36,739 bases of DNA from the NCBI GenBank assembly GCA_002452635.1, contig DKEU01000237.1:1-36739 (forward strand), written 5' to 3'. Shown piece by piece: positions 26,091 through 33,303 of the stretch (positions are counted from its first letter, which is position 1; every line of letters starts with the position of its first letter). The stretch comes from Desulfovibrionaceae bacterium UBA6814 (GTDB lineage Bacteria > Desulfobacterota > Desulfovibrionia > Desulfovibrionales > Desulfovibrionaceae). The position numbers and the translations under genes are program-made. The notes below the pieces were generated by a model that saw only the letters and a list, made by a program, of their open reading frames with translations, made no database searches and was not told the DNA's origin.

Positions 26091-26419
26091 GGTCCCTCCC
26101 GCGCTGACCTTTCTCCAGTAGCGGGGCGTCCGACCCCGGCCGCCCCGCCCCCTGGAAAGATTCAGATACGTTTAGGCGACAAACCGCGAAAACTCAAGGA
26201 CGGCCCATCCCCCGGCAGCACCCCGGAATGGCCGGGCGGACCCGGCGGCGCGCCGGGAGCGGCCCGTGTCCCGCCTTGCCAAAGGCCGAACATTGCGGCA
26301 CAACGTCCACGCCGCGCCCTGCGCTGCCGCCCCTCCCGGCGCATGCCGGCCAGAGGACCCGGCGGCTGATGCGGCCGGCAACCTGCGGGGCTCCTGCCCG
26401 CATCCCACGGAGAACCGCC

Positions 26420-27358
26420 ATGCAACCCGATTTCGGCTCCCTGGTCCTCTTGGTAGCCTTGTCCCTGCAACTGCTCCTGGAGCTCTCCGGCCTGGGCTCC
26501 CTGGCCGTGGCCTTCCTGGCCGAGGGCCTGGCCGAAACCCGCAAACAGGTGTTCCTACGCAAGCTGGCCCAGCAGGTCTCGACCATGAGCCTGTGGCTGC
26601 TCGGCTACACCCTGGTCTCGGGCGGCGGCATGCTCTGGCTCGTCCACAGCAGCCAGCCGGACAGCTTGAAGCCCTGGATAGCCACGCCCGTCCTGGCCCT
26701 GCCCCTGGCCGTGGCCTTCGGCCTGGCCGTGCTCCTGGCCGTGCTCTACCGCGCCACCTGGAAGCCCTTGCGGGAGCGCAAGACCCTGCACCGCTCCATC
26801 GGACTCCTGGCCGCCCTGTCCGGCTTCCTCGGCCTGGCCCTGGCCGTGGCCGCCAAGATAACCCTGGCCGACCCCCTCCTGTACGGGTGGTACTACCTGC
26901 CCTCCACCGTACAGGGCCTGTACCTGTACGCCCCGGCGGCCACCTTCTGGCCCATGCTGGCCCACGTCCTGCTCTGGGCCGTGGCCGGCGGCGCGGGCCT
27001 GGGCCTGGTCTACCTGCTCATGCGCCGCAACCGGGACGACTTCGGCCGGGACTACTACACCTATGCGGTGCGCTGGCTGGCGCGCTGCGCCGCCGTGCCC
27101 GCCCTGCTCCAACTGGGCGCGGCCGCGGCGCTCATCGCGCCGGCCTGGGGCGCGCTGCCCCAGGAGATGAAGAGCACCGCCACCGGCCTGGCCGCAGGCG
27201 GGGCCATGGCCGCGGTGCTGGCCGCGATTCTCCTGTGCAACGTCTCCCGCGCCGAAGCCCCCCTGCGCTCCAAGCCCGCCATCCTGGGCGCCGTCGCGCT
27301 CCTGGCCGCCGCCCTGGCCGGCCCCACCGGCGTCATCATGATGCTGCTCCTCAAATAG
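26420..27358 (+). CDS. Polytopic membrane protein of unknown function
   Basis: ATG 26420 is preceded by GGAGA. The 312-aa product has about 8 hydrophobic segments. The region upstream in the same ORF (from 26228) is Arg/Pro-rich and unlikely to be coding. Confidence 0.55.
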   Translation: MQPDFGSLVLLVALSLQLLLELSGLGSLAVAFLAEGLAETRKQVFLRKLAQQVSTMSLWLLGYTLVSGGGMLWLVHSSQPDSLKPWIATPVLALPLAVAFGLAVLLAVLYRATWKPLRERKTLHRSIGLLAALSGFLGLALAVAAKITLADPLLYGWYYLPSTVQGLYLYAPAATFWPMLAHVLLWAVAGGAGLGLVYLLMRRNRDDFGRDYYTYAVRWLARCAAVPALLQLGAAAALIAPAWGALPQEMKSTATGLAAGGAMAAVLAAILLCNVSRAEAPLRSKPAILGAVALLAAALAGPTGVIMMLLLK

Positions 27359-27380
27359 CCGCCCGGCATGCGCCAAGACA

Positions 27381-27407
27381 AAGCGGGGGAGCCGGAAGGC
27401 TCCCCCG
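27381..27407 (+). repeat. Left copy of the 27-nt direct repeat (GC-rich hairpin) bracketing the 1.8-kb insert
   Basis: AAGCGGGGGAGCCGGAAGGCTCCCCCG is identical to 29195-29221. It forms a 10-bp stem (27384-27393 / 27398-27407) with a GGAA loop. It lies 23 nt after the membrane-protein stop codon. Confidence 0.9.
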
Positions 27408-27471
27408 AGCCCCCTTGTGTGGGGGTGTTCAGTCCTGGGGACTCCTGATATAGGGACCTTGCGAGGCCCCC

Positions 27472-28074
27472 ATGGACTACCGGAAGGAACTGGACGAACT
27501 CCTGCGGGTGGAAGACCCCTTGCGGCGCAAGGCCCGCTTCATGGGCATCCTGTCCCGGGAAGTCCTGCGGGAATCGGGCAAGACCCCGGTCATCGTGGGC
27601 GGATTCGCGGTGGAGGTGTTCACGGTCGGGCGCTACACCTCCCTGGACGTGGATGTGAAGGGGCCCAAGGAGAGCATCACCCGCATCCTGGGGGAGATGG
27701 GCTTCCGGCACGACGGCACGCACTTTGTCCACGAGGGCCTGGATATCTTCATCCAATGGCTGGGCGAGGGACCGAGTCCCCTCAGCGAGAGCCTGGAGCG
27801 CCTGGTCAACGTGCCCGTGGACCACGCCGCCGGCCTCTTCATCCGCCTCATCGGCTTCGAGGACCTCATCATCGACCGCCTCAACCAGGCCAAGCACTGG
27901 AAGGTGGCGGACGCCGGGATGTGGGCTGCTCGCATCCTGGAGGCGGCCCTCACCGGCGAGGACGTGTCTCTGGATTTCGACTACCTGAGACAGCGCGCCG
28001 AGGCGGAAGACGTGATGGACGTGCTAGACGACCTGCTCAGTGACGTGAACATCATCCCGGAACCCGGAGCCTGA
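27472..28074 (+). CDS. Minimal nucleotidyltransferase-fold protein (DUF2204/DUF6036/AbiEii-like; family not resolved)
   Basis: ATG 27472 is preceded by GAGG. In the 200-aa product, VIVGGFAVEVFTVGRYTSLDVDVKG approximates the Pol-beta-type NTase signature hG[GS]-x9-13-Dh[DE]h (here 14 residues separate GG from the first Asp). A later acidic segment is IRLIGFEDLIIDRL. Confidence 0.5.
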   Translation: MDYRKELDELLRVEDPLRRKARFMGILSREVLRESGKTPVIVGGFAVEVFTVGRYTSLDVDVKGPKESITRILGEMGFRHDGTHFVHEGLDIFIQWLGEGPSPLSESLERLVNVPVDHAAGLFIRLIGFEDLIIDRLNQAKHWKVADAGMWAARILEAALTGEDVSLDFDYLRQRAEAEDVMDVLDDLLSDVNIIPEPGA

Positions 28075-28076
28075 CC

Positions 28077-28298
28077 ATGCGCACCATCCCCCTGGAAGAC
28101 CTCCTGGCCGCGGGCCGCAAGGCCACGGCAGAAGCCTACCTCGCCGGCCGCATGTCCGAGCGCGCCCGCCTGCGCACCGCCCCCCGCGACCCCGAAAAAC
28201 TCGCCGCCCTGGCCCGCTATGTGAGCGACTACATTCGAAAGCATCCGATCCGCAGGATGGAGAATGGGATGATCTGGGTGCCGGGACTCTCAGAATAA
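28077..28298 (+). CDS. Small hypothetical protein (73 aa) coupled to the NTase-fold gene
   Basis: ATG 28077 lies 2 nt after the upstream TGA. The product looks helical (MRTIPLEDLLAAGRKATAEAYLAGRMSERARL...). I recognise no family. The stop is TAA 28296-28298. Confidence 0.45.
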   Translation: MRTIPLEDLLAAGRKATAEAYLAGRMSERARLRTAPRDPEKLAALARYVSDYIRKHPIRRMENGMIWVPGLSE

Positions 28299-28331
28299 AG
28301 CCATCCGTGACTATATTTCTTGGAGGACAAT

Positions 28332-29177
28332 ATGCCTTACAATGCAACTGTATACAAAGTAATGATTGCTTCTCCAAACGATGTAGCGCATGAAAGATCC
28401 ATCATTAGAGATGTTCTAAATGAGTGGAACACTGTAAACTCTGATTCAAGAAAAATCGTTTTACTTCCAATCGGATGGGAAACGCATACTTCCCCAGAAA
28501 TGGGAGAGAACCCCCAAGAAATAATTAACAAACAAATTGCTAAAGACTGTGACCTTCTTGTCGGGGTGTTTTGGACAAGAATTGGGACGCCAACTCAATC
28601 ATATTTGAGTGGGACTGTAGAAGAGATCGAAGAGCATATAGCAAAAGACAAACCCACAATGTTATATTTCTCTAGTGCTCCCATCCATCCGGATATCGTT
28701 GATCAATCTCAATATAATGAGTTAAAAAAGTTTAAGGAGGCTTGCAGCACACGAGGAATATACGAAACTTATTCCGACTTATCAGAATTCAAGAGTAAAT
28801 TCTATAGACAGCTACAAATCAAACTAAACAAAGATAAATTTTTTACAACTAACAACCAAGGAGAAACTCGCCCTTTTGAACTTGTTGAATCCAAGCCGGT
28901 AGAAATACCACACTTATCAGAAGAAGCTAAAGTATTATTAGTTGAGACAGCAAATGATTCCCATGGACATATTTTACGCTTACACCATTTAGGTGGCGTT
29001 ACGATACAAACTGGAAGCAAGACTTTTGTAAATGACAGTAATCCAAGAAATCGTGCGACATGGGAGGGAGCTATTAAAGAGCTTGAAGAAAATGGACTAA
29101 TCGAACCGCTCAATCCAAAGAGAGAAATATTTCAAATAACACGAAGAGGATATGACATTGCAGAATTACTAGGGTAA
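28332..29177 (+). CDS. AT-rich orphan gene: DUF4062/TIR-like (nucleoside-deoxyribosyltransferase-like) Rossmannoid N-domain fused to a winged-helix-like C-domain
   Basis: GGAGG (28322-28326) plus a 5-nt spacer precedes ATG 28332; the track start TTG 28320 is less likely. The product is 281 aa. The N-domain pattern is YKVMIASPNDVAHER ... DCDLLVGVFWTRIGTPT ... SGTVEEIEEHI ... KPTMLYFS. The C-terminus is ATWEGAIKELEENGLIEPL...FQITRRGYDIAELL. Sampled lines give 25-37% G+C against about 70% in the flanks. An intrinsic terminator follows. Confidence 0.8.
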   Translation: MPYNATVYKVMIASPNDVAHERSIIRDVLNEWNTVNSDSRKIVLLPIGWETHTSPEMGENPQEIINKQIAKDCDLLVGVFWTRIGTPTQSYLSGTVEEIEEHIAKDKPTMLYFSSAPIHPDIVDQSQYNELKKFKEACSTRGIYETYSDLSEFKSKFYRQLQIKLNKDKFFTTNNQGETRPFELVESKPVEIPHLSEEAKVLLVETANDSHGHILRLHHLGGVTIQTGSKTFVNDSNPRNRATWEGAIKELEENGLIEPLNPKREIFQITRRGYDIAELLG

Positions 29178-29194
29178 GATAAGAAAGCAAAACC

Positions 29195-29221
29195 AAGCGG
29201 GGGAGCCGGAAGGCTCCCCCG
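29195..29221 (+). repeat. Right copy of the 27-nt direct repeat
   Basis: AAGCGGGGGAGCCGGAAGGCTCCCCCG is identical to 27381-27407. Confidence 0.9.
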
Positions 29222-29229
29222 CTCTTTTT
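29197..29229. terminator. Bidirectional intrinsic terminator between the AT-rich gene (+) and cheA (-)
   Basis: GCGGGGGAGCC (29197-29207) and GGCTCCCCCGC (29212-29222) form an 11-bp stem with a GGAA loop. It is followed by TCTTTTT and preceded by an A-rich tract (AAGAAAGCAAAACCAA), which supplies a U-tract on the minus strand. Confidence 0.8.
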
Positions 29230-29247
29230 GTCTCGTTGCCCCGGGGC

Positions 29248-32025
29248 CTACGCCCGGGTGGTGGCCATCTTGTAGACCTCGTGGGGGTCGAGGATGAGGA
29301 CCACCGAGCCGTCGCCCATGATGGTGGCGCCGGACAGGCCGCGGCAGTCGCCCAGGTAGGAGCCCAGGGGCTTGATCACGATCTCCTGGCGCTCCAGCAG
29401 GCGGTCCACCACCAGGCCCAGGCGGCGCTGGTTGTCCTGGATCACCACCACCGGCAATATCTCCCGCTCGGTCTGGTTGCGGGGCAGCTCCAGAAGCTCG
29501 GCCAGCTCCACGATGCCCAGCACCTCGCCGCGCAGGGTCACGGCGTTGCGGCCGTTGACCTCGGTGAGCAGGTCCGCCTCGATCTTGGTGGTCTCGGACA
29601 CCGCGTCCAGGGGGATGGCGTACATCTGCTCGTCCACCATGATCATGAGCGCGTCGATGATGGCCAGGGTGAGCGGCAGGGACAGGATGAACTTGGTGCC
29701 CTTGCCCAGGTGGGTCTGCACGTCCACCGTGCCCTTGAGGTTCTTGATGTTGGTGCGCACCACGTCCATGCCCACGCCGCGGCCCGAGATGTCGGTGATC
29801 TTCTCCGCGGCGGAGAAGCCCGGGGCGAAGATGAGGTCCACGGCCGCGGCGTCGTCCAGGGCGTTGGCCTCCTCCTGGGTGACGATGCCCTTCTTGACGC
29901 CCACCTCGCGCATCTTCCTGGGGTCGATGCCCCGGCCGTCGTCCTCCACCTCGATGGCCACCGAGTTGCCGCGGTGGTAGGCGCGCAGCCACACCCGGCC
30001 CACCTCGGGCTTGCCCGCGGCCACCCGCTCGTCGTTGGGCTCCAGGCCGTGGTCCATGGAGTTGCGCATGAGGTGGACCAGGGGGTCGCCGATGACCTCG
30101 ATGACGCTCTTGTCCAGCTCGGTCTCCTCGCCCTCGGTGATGAGCTCCACCTTCTTGCCGCTCTTGCGGGACAGGTCGCGCACCAGGCGGGGGAAGCGGG
30201 TGAACACCGTGGACACCGGCACCATGCGCACCTTCATGATGGTGTCCTGCAGGTCGTCGGAGATGCGGGCCATGGCGTAGGTGGTCTCGGTGAGGTCCGT
30301 GGCGGTGCGCGCCAGGTCCATCTTTTCCGTGCGCTCCTCCATGCTCTTGGCGATCATGGAGAAACGGTTGCGGTTGATGATGAGCTCGCCGATGAGGTTC
30401 ATGAGGTGGTCGAGCTTCTCGTGGTCCACCCGGATGGTGGACGAGGTGGCGGCGGGTTTGCCCTTCTTGGCCGCGGCTCCCGCGGCGGGCGCGGCGGCCC
30501 GGCCGGGCCTGGCCGCCGGGGCGTCCTCCTCGGCGGACTCGGTGGGCTCGGCGGGCTCGGGCTCCTCGGCCGGCTCGGGCTCGGGCTCGGGAGCCGGGGC
30601 CGCCGGGGCGGGCGCAGGGGCAGGCTTGGGAGCAGGAGCGGGAGCCGGGGCAGGAGCCGCGGCCGGAGCCGGTGCGGCGGCCGCCTGGCTGATCTGCCGC
30701 TCCACCATGTCCTTGAGGATGGAGCACTCCTGCTTGAGGATGTCGAGCATGAGCTCGAAGTCCAGGTCCGACTTGCGGGCCTGGTCCACCAGGCCGGCGG
30801 TGCGCTCGGCCGTGGTCTTGATCTCGGCGAAGCCCATGTACTGGGCGGAATTCTGGATGCCCACCAGGGAGCGGAACAGGCCGTCCACGTAGTCGCGCTG
30901 CCCGGCGTCCCTGGCCAGCTCGGCCAGGGCCAGGTCGATGTTGGCGAGCTGTTGGCCCACGGTGGACTCGAACACCGCCAGGTCGTCGTCGTCCACGCCC
31001 CCGGCCCCGGCCGGGGACTCGGCCGCGGGAGCCGCAGCCGCGGCGGGCTCGGGTTCGGGGGCCGGGACGGGCTCTTCGCCCGCGGCCTGCAGCCGGGCCA
31101 CCACCGCGCGGGTGTCCACCGGGGTCACCTCGTGCTTCTCCCGGTCCACGCCCTCCAGCAGGCCCGCGATGCCGTCCACCGCGGCCAGGAGCACGTCGGT
31201 GAGGCCCTGGGTGGCGGCGATCTCGCCCTTGCGCACCCGGTTGAGCAGTGTCTCGGCCTCGTGGGTCAGGGAGTTGAGCTCCGCATAGCCCACGATGCCG
31301 CTGTTGCCCTTCAGGTTGTGGAAATAGCGGAAGATGTCGTTGACCAGCCCCTCCCGGCCCGGGTCCTTCTCCATGTCCACCAGGGCCGCGGACAGGGACT
31401 CCACGATCTCCTTGGCCTCGTCCAGGAAGTCGTCCAGGTGCTCCTTGGCCACCACCTGCAAGCCGTAGGTGGTGGGGGTGAAGGGCGGCAGGCTGGCCGC
31501 CGGGGCAGCGGGAGCCGGGGCAGCGGGAGTCGGGGCGGGCGCGGGGGCCGGGGCCGGCGCGGGGGCCGGGGCCGGGGCCGCCGGGGCGGGCTTGGGTTTG
31601 GGCTTGGGCTTGGCCGCGGCGGGCGGGGTGCCGCCGGCCAGCAGCGCGTCCAGGGTGGCGATGAGGGACGCGGTGTCCACCTCGCCTTCGCTGCCCTCGG
31701 TTTCCAGGTTCTCGATCATCTGGCGCAGGGCGTCGGTGGAGGACAGGATCACGTCCATGATCTCGGAGGTGACCGCCATGTTGCCCTTGCGCAGTTCGTC
31801 CAGGATGTTCTCCGAGCGGTGGGCCAGGACGTTCATCTTGTTCAGGCCGAGAAAGCCCGAAGCTCCCTTCAGGGAGTGCATGGGCCGGAAGATGTCGTTC
31901 AGGAGATCGAGGTTCTCCGGGCTCTGCTCCAGTTCGAGCAGGTTGGGCTCGATGGTCTCCAGATGTTCCTTGGCTTCGACGATGAAGTCGGCGAAGATTT
32001 CCGGATCCATGAACTCTTGGCTCAT
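29248..32025 (-). CDS. cheA: Chemotaxis histidine kinase CheA with three Hpt-like modules
   Basis: ATG 32025 is preceded by GAGG plus a 7-nt spacer; the track start GTG 32031 is less likely. Residue numbers below follow the track numbering. The modules are:
- Hpt1: FRPMHSLKGASG
- Hpt2: FRYFHNLKGNSG
- degenerate Hpt3: FRSLVGIQNSAQ
- dimerisation segment: STIRVDHEKLDHLMNLIGEL
- HATPase boxes: HLMRNSMDHG, DDGRGID, GRGVGMDVV
- C-terminal CheW-like domain. Confidence 0.9.
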   Translation of the reverse strand: MSQEFMDPEIFADFIVEAKEHLETIEPNLLELEQSPENLDLLNDIFRPMHSLKGASGFLGLNKMNVLAHRSENILDELRKGNMAVTSEIMDVILSSTDALRQMIENLETEGSEGEVDTASLIATLDALLAGGTPPAAAKPKPKPKPAPAAPAPAPAPAPAPAPAPTPAAPAPAAPAASLPPFTPTTYGLQVVAKEHLDDFLDEAKEIVESLSAALVDMEKDPGREGLVNDIFRYFHNLKGNSGIVGYAELNSLTHEAETLLNRVRKGEIAATQGLTDVLLAAVDGIAGLLEGVDREKHEVTPVDTRAVVARLQAAGEEPVPAPEPEPAAAAAPAAESPAGAGGVDDDDLAVFESTVGQQLANIDLALAELARDAGQRDYVDGLFRSLVGIQNSAQYMGFAEIKTTAERTAGLVDQARKSDLDFELMLDILKQECSILKDMVERQISQAAAAPAPAAAPAPAPAPAPKPAPAPAPAAPAPEPEPEPAEEPEPAEPTESAEEDAPAARPGRAAAPAAGAAAKKGKPAATSSTIRVDHEKLDHLMNLIGELIINRNRFSMIAKSMEERTEKMDLARTATDLTETTYAMARISDDLQDTIMKVRMVPVSTVFTRFPRLVRDLSRKSGKKVELITEGEETELDKSVIEVIGDPLVHLMRNSMDHGLEPNDERVAAGKPEVGRVWLRAYHRGNSVAIEVEDDGRGIDPRKMREVGVKKGIVTQEEANALDDAAAVDLIFAPGFSAAEKITDISGRGVGMDVVRTNIKNLKGTVDVQTHLGKGTKFILSLPLTLAIIDALMIMVDEQMYAIPLDAVSETTKIEADLLTEVNGRNAVTLRGEVLGIVELAELLELPRNQTEREILPVVVIQDNQRRLGLVVDRLLERQEIVIKPLGSYLGDCRGLSGATIMGDGSVVLILDPHEVYKMATTRA
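30442..30687 (-). repeat. Low-complexity Pro/Ala/Glu-codon tract (CheA inter-domain linker)
   Basis: It encodes AAAPAPAAAPAPAPAPAPKPAPAPAPAAPAPEPEPEPAEEPEPAEP.... Degenerate short GC-rich codon repeats here generate spurious ORFs in other frames. Confidence 0.7.
31474..31632 (-). repeat. Low-complexity Pro/Ala/Lys-codon tract (CheA linker between Hpt1 and Hpt2)
   Basis: It encodes GGTPPAAAKPKPKPKPAPAAPAPAPAPAPAPAPAPTPAAPAPAAPAAS. Confidence 0.7.
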
Positions 32026-32124
32026 TGACACACCTCAGGGCGCGGGCAGTCCCGACGCCGGCTAGCGCAGTTTGCCTTGAAACAAGGCGCAGAGCTAAAA
32101 TACTATTCTGTTATTTCAGCAAAC

Positions 32125-32140
32125 TGCATAAGAGCATCCA
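32125..32140 (-). promoter_or_regulatory. Sigma54-like -24/-12 element in the cheY-cheA spacer
   Basis: The minus strand reads TGGATGCTCTTATGCA. The GG and GC dinucleotides have the spacing of the TGGCAC-N5-TTGCA consensus. It lies about 100 nt upstream of the cheA ATG. This is a motif match only. Confidence 0.25.
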
Positions 32141-32163
32141 ATCTCTCCCAAAGGTAAGATGCT

Positions 32164-32535
32164 CTAAACACCGAGCAGCATGCGGACGTTCTTCACCATC
32201 TTCTCGGGCTGGGCGGGCTTGACCATGTAGAGGTTGGCCCCCAGGCCCAGGCCCTGCTGGATGTCCTTCTCCTGCCCCTCGGTGGACAGGATGACGATGG
32301 GCACATCCCGGTACGTCTCCTGCTCGCGCACGGTCTTGATGAAGGTGAACCCGTCCATGCGCGGCATGTTCACGTCGGAGATGATGAGGTCCACCTTCTC
32401 CATGGAATAGAGCTTTTCCAAGCCGTCCAGGCCGTCCTCGGCCGCGGTGACCTTGAACCCCTCCTTCTTCATGATGAAGGCGACTAGGTTCCGCACCGTC
32501 TTCGAATCGTCCACTATCAGGATTTGTTTAGACAT
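32164..32535 (-). CDS. cheY: Chemotaxis response regulator CheY
   Basis: 123-aa single receiver domain: ILIVDDSKTVRNL ... DLIISDVNMPRMDG ... VILSTEG ... YMVKP. Confidence 0.95.
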   Translation of the reverse strand: MSKQILIVDDSKTVRNLVAFIMKKEGFKVTAAEDGLDGLEKLYSMEKVDLIISDVNMPRMDGFTFIKTVREQETYRDVPIVILSTEGQEKDIQQGLGLGANLYMVKPAQPEKMVKNVRMLLGV

Positions 32536-32544
32536 GGCTTGCTC

Positions 32545-33303
32545 CTAGCCCCTGAGGACCTTGTCTACGATGCGGTCGATGGAGATGACGCCCACGAGCT
32601 TGCCCTGCTCCGATTTCATGAGCCCGGCCACGAACTCCACGTTGGCGCCCAGGCTGCTCTCCACGCCCCAATCGATGCCTTTCTGATCCACGCGGTACAT
32701 GGTCTTCACCGTATCAATCATGAGGCCCAGCTGCAGGCCCTTGCGCCGCACCACCACGATGAAGCGCGAGTCCGCGTCCGCGCCGCCCACGCCGAGCAGC
32801 GTGCGCAGCCGCACCAGGGGGGTGACCCGGCCGCGGAGGTTGATGATGCCGGCCAGGAAATAGGGCGCGGCCGGAAGCTGGGTGGGGGTCACGTGGCGGA
32901 TGACTTCCTGCACCACCACGATGGGCACGGTGAACTCCTGCCCCCCCACCTTGAAGCCCACCAGCTGGACGAACTCCTCGCCCTTGAGGGACACCAGGAT
33001 GTCCGGCTCGTCGGGCACGGCCGGCCGGGCCTTCCCGGCCGGGGCCGCTGCCGGGGCCGCAGCCGGGGCCGGGGCCGCGACGGACGGCGCAGGCGCGGCA
33101 GGGGCGGCAGGGGCGGCGAAGCCGGGAGCGGCCTCCACCCGCGCCGGGGCGGGCATGGACACCGCTCTCGCCCCCTCCGGGGCCTTGTCCTCGCCCCAGC
33201 CCATGTACTTCTGCAGGAAGGCGGTCTCGGCCGGGGTGTAGCCCGCCCCCTCGCCCTCGGGCAGGAAGTTCTTCTCCAGGAAGTATTCTTCAGGCGTTTT
33301 CAT
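32545..33303 (-). CDS. cheW: Chemotaxis coupling protein CheW with a Pro/Ala-rich N-terminal extension
   Basis: The 252-aa product has a C-terminal CheW domain: FKVGGQEFTVPIVVVQEVI...AGIINLRGRVTPLVRLR...LGLMIDTV. The N-terminal ~100 aa are low complexity. Confidence 0.9.
   Translation of the reverse strand: MKTPEEYFLEKNFLPEGEGAGYTPAETAFLQKYMGWGEDKAPEGARAVSMPAPARVEAAPGFAAPAAPAAPAPSVAAPAPAAAPAAAPAGKARPAVPDEPDILVSLKGEEFVQLVGFKVGGQEFTVPIVVVQEVIRHVTPTQLPAAPYFLAGIINLRGRVTPLVRLRTLLGVGGADADSRFIVVVRRKGLQLGLMIDTVKTMYRVDQKGIDWGVESSLGANVEFVAGLMKSEQGKLVGVISIDRIVDKVLRG

Noticed and set aside
24055-26369. 675-aa minus-strand and 748-aa plus-strand ORFs overlapping dprA and cpoB
   Set aside because: The translations are out of frame or antisense and low in complexity. 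DprA and CpoB are clearly recognisable in their own frames.
26091-26419. 330-nt divergent intergenic region between cpoB and the membrane-protein gene, scanned for RNA genes, ORFs and promoter motifs
   Set aside because: Only GC-artefact ORFs are present (26162-26470, 26194-26586). I could not support any tRNA-like structure, riboswitch signature or convincing promoter hexamers by eye.
30442-31632. Short GC-rich periodic repeats (GCC/CCG/GGC units), considered as a possible CRISPR array or tandem-repeat locus
   Set aside because: They are degenerate, lie in frame within cheA, and encode Pro/Ala linkers. There is no repeat-spacer architecture. Similar tracts occur in cheW and cpoB.
29236-32028. 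930-aa plus-strand ORF opposite cheA, and the 29132-30727 minus-strand out-of-frame ORF
   Set aside because: These are antisense or out-of-frame artefacts, driven partly by the GC-rich Pro/Ala linker repeats.
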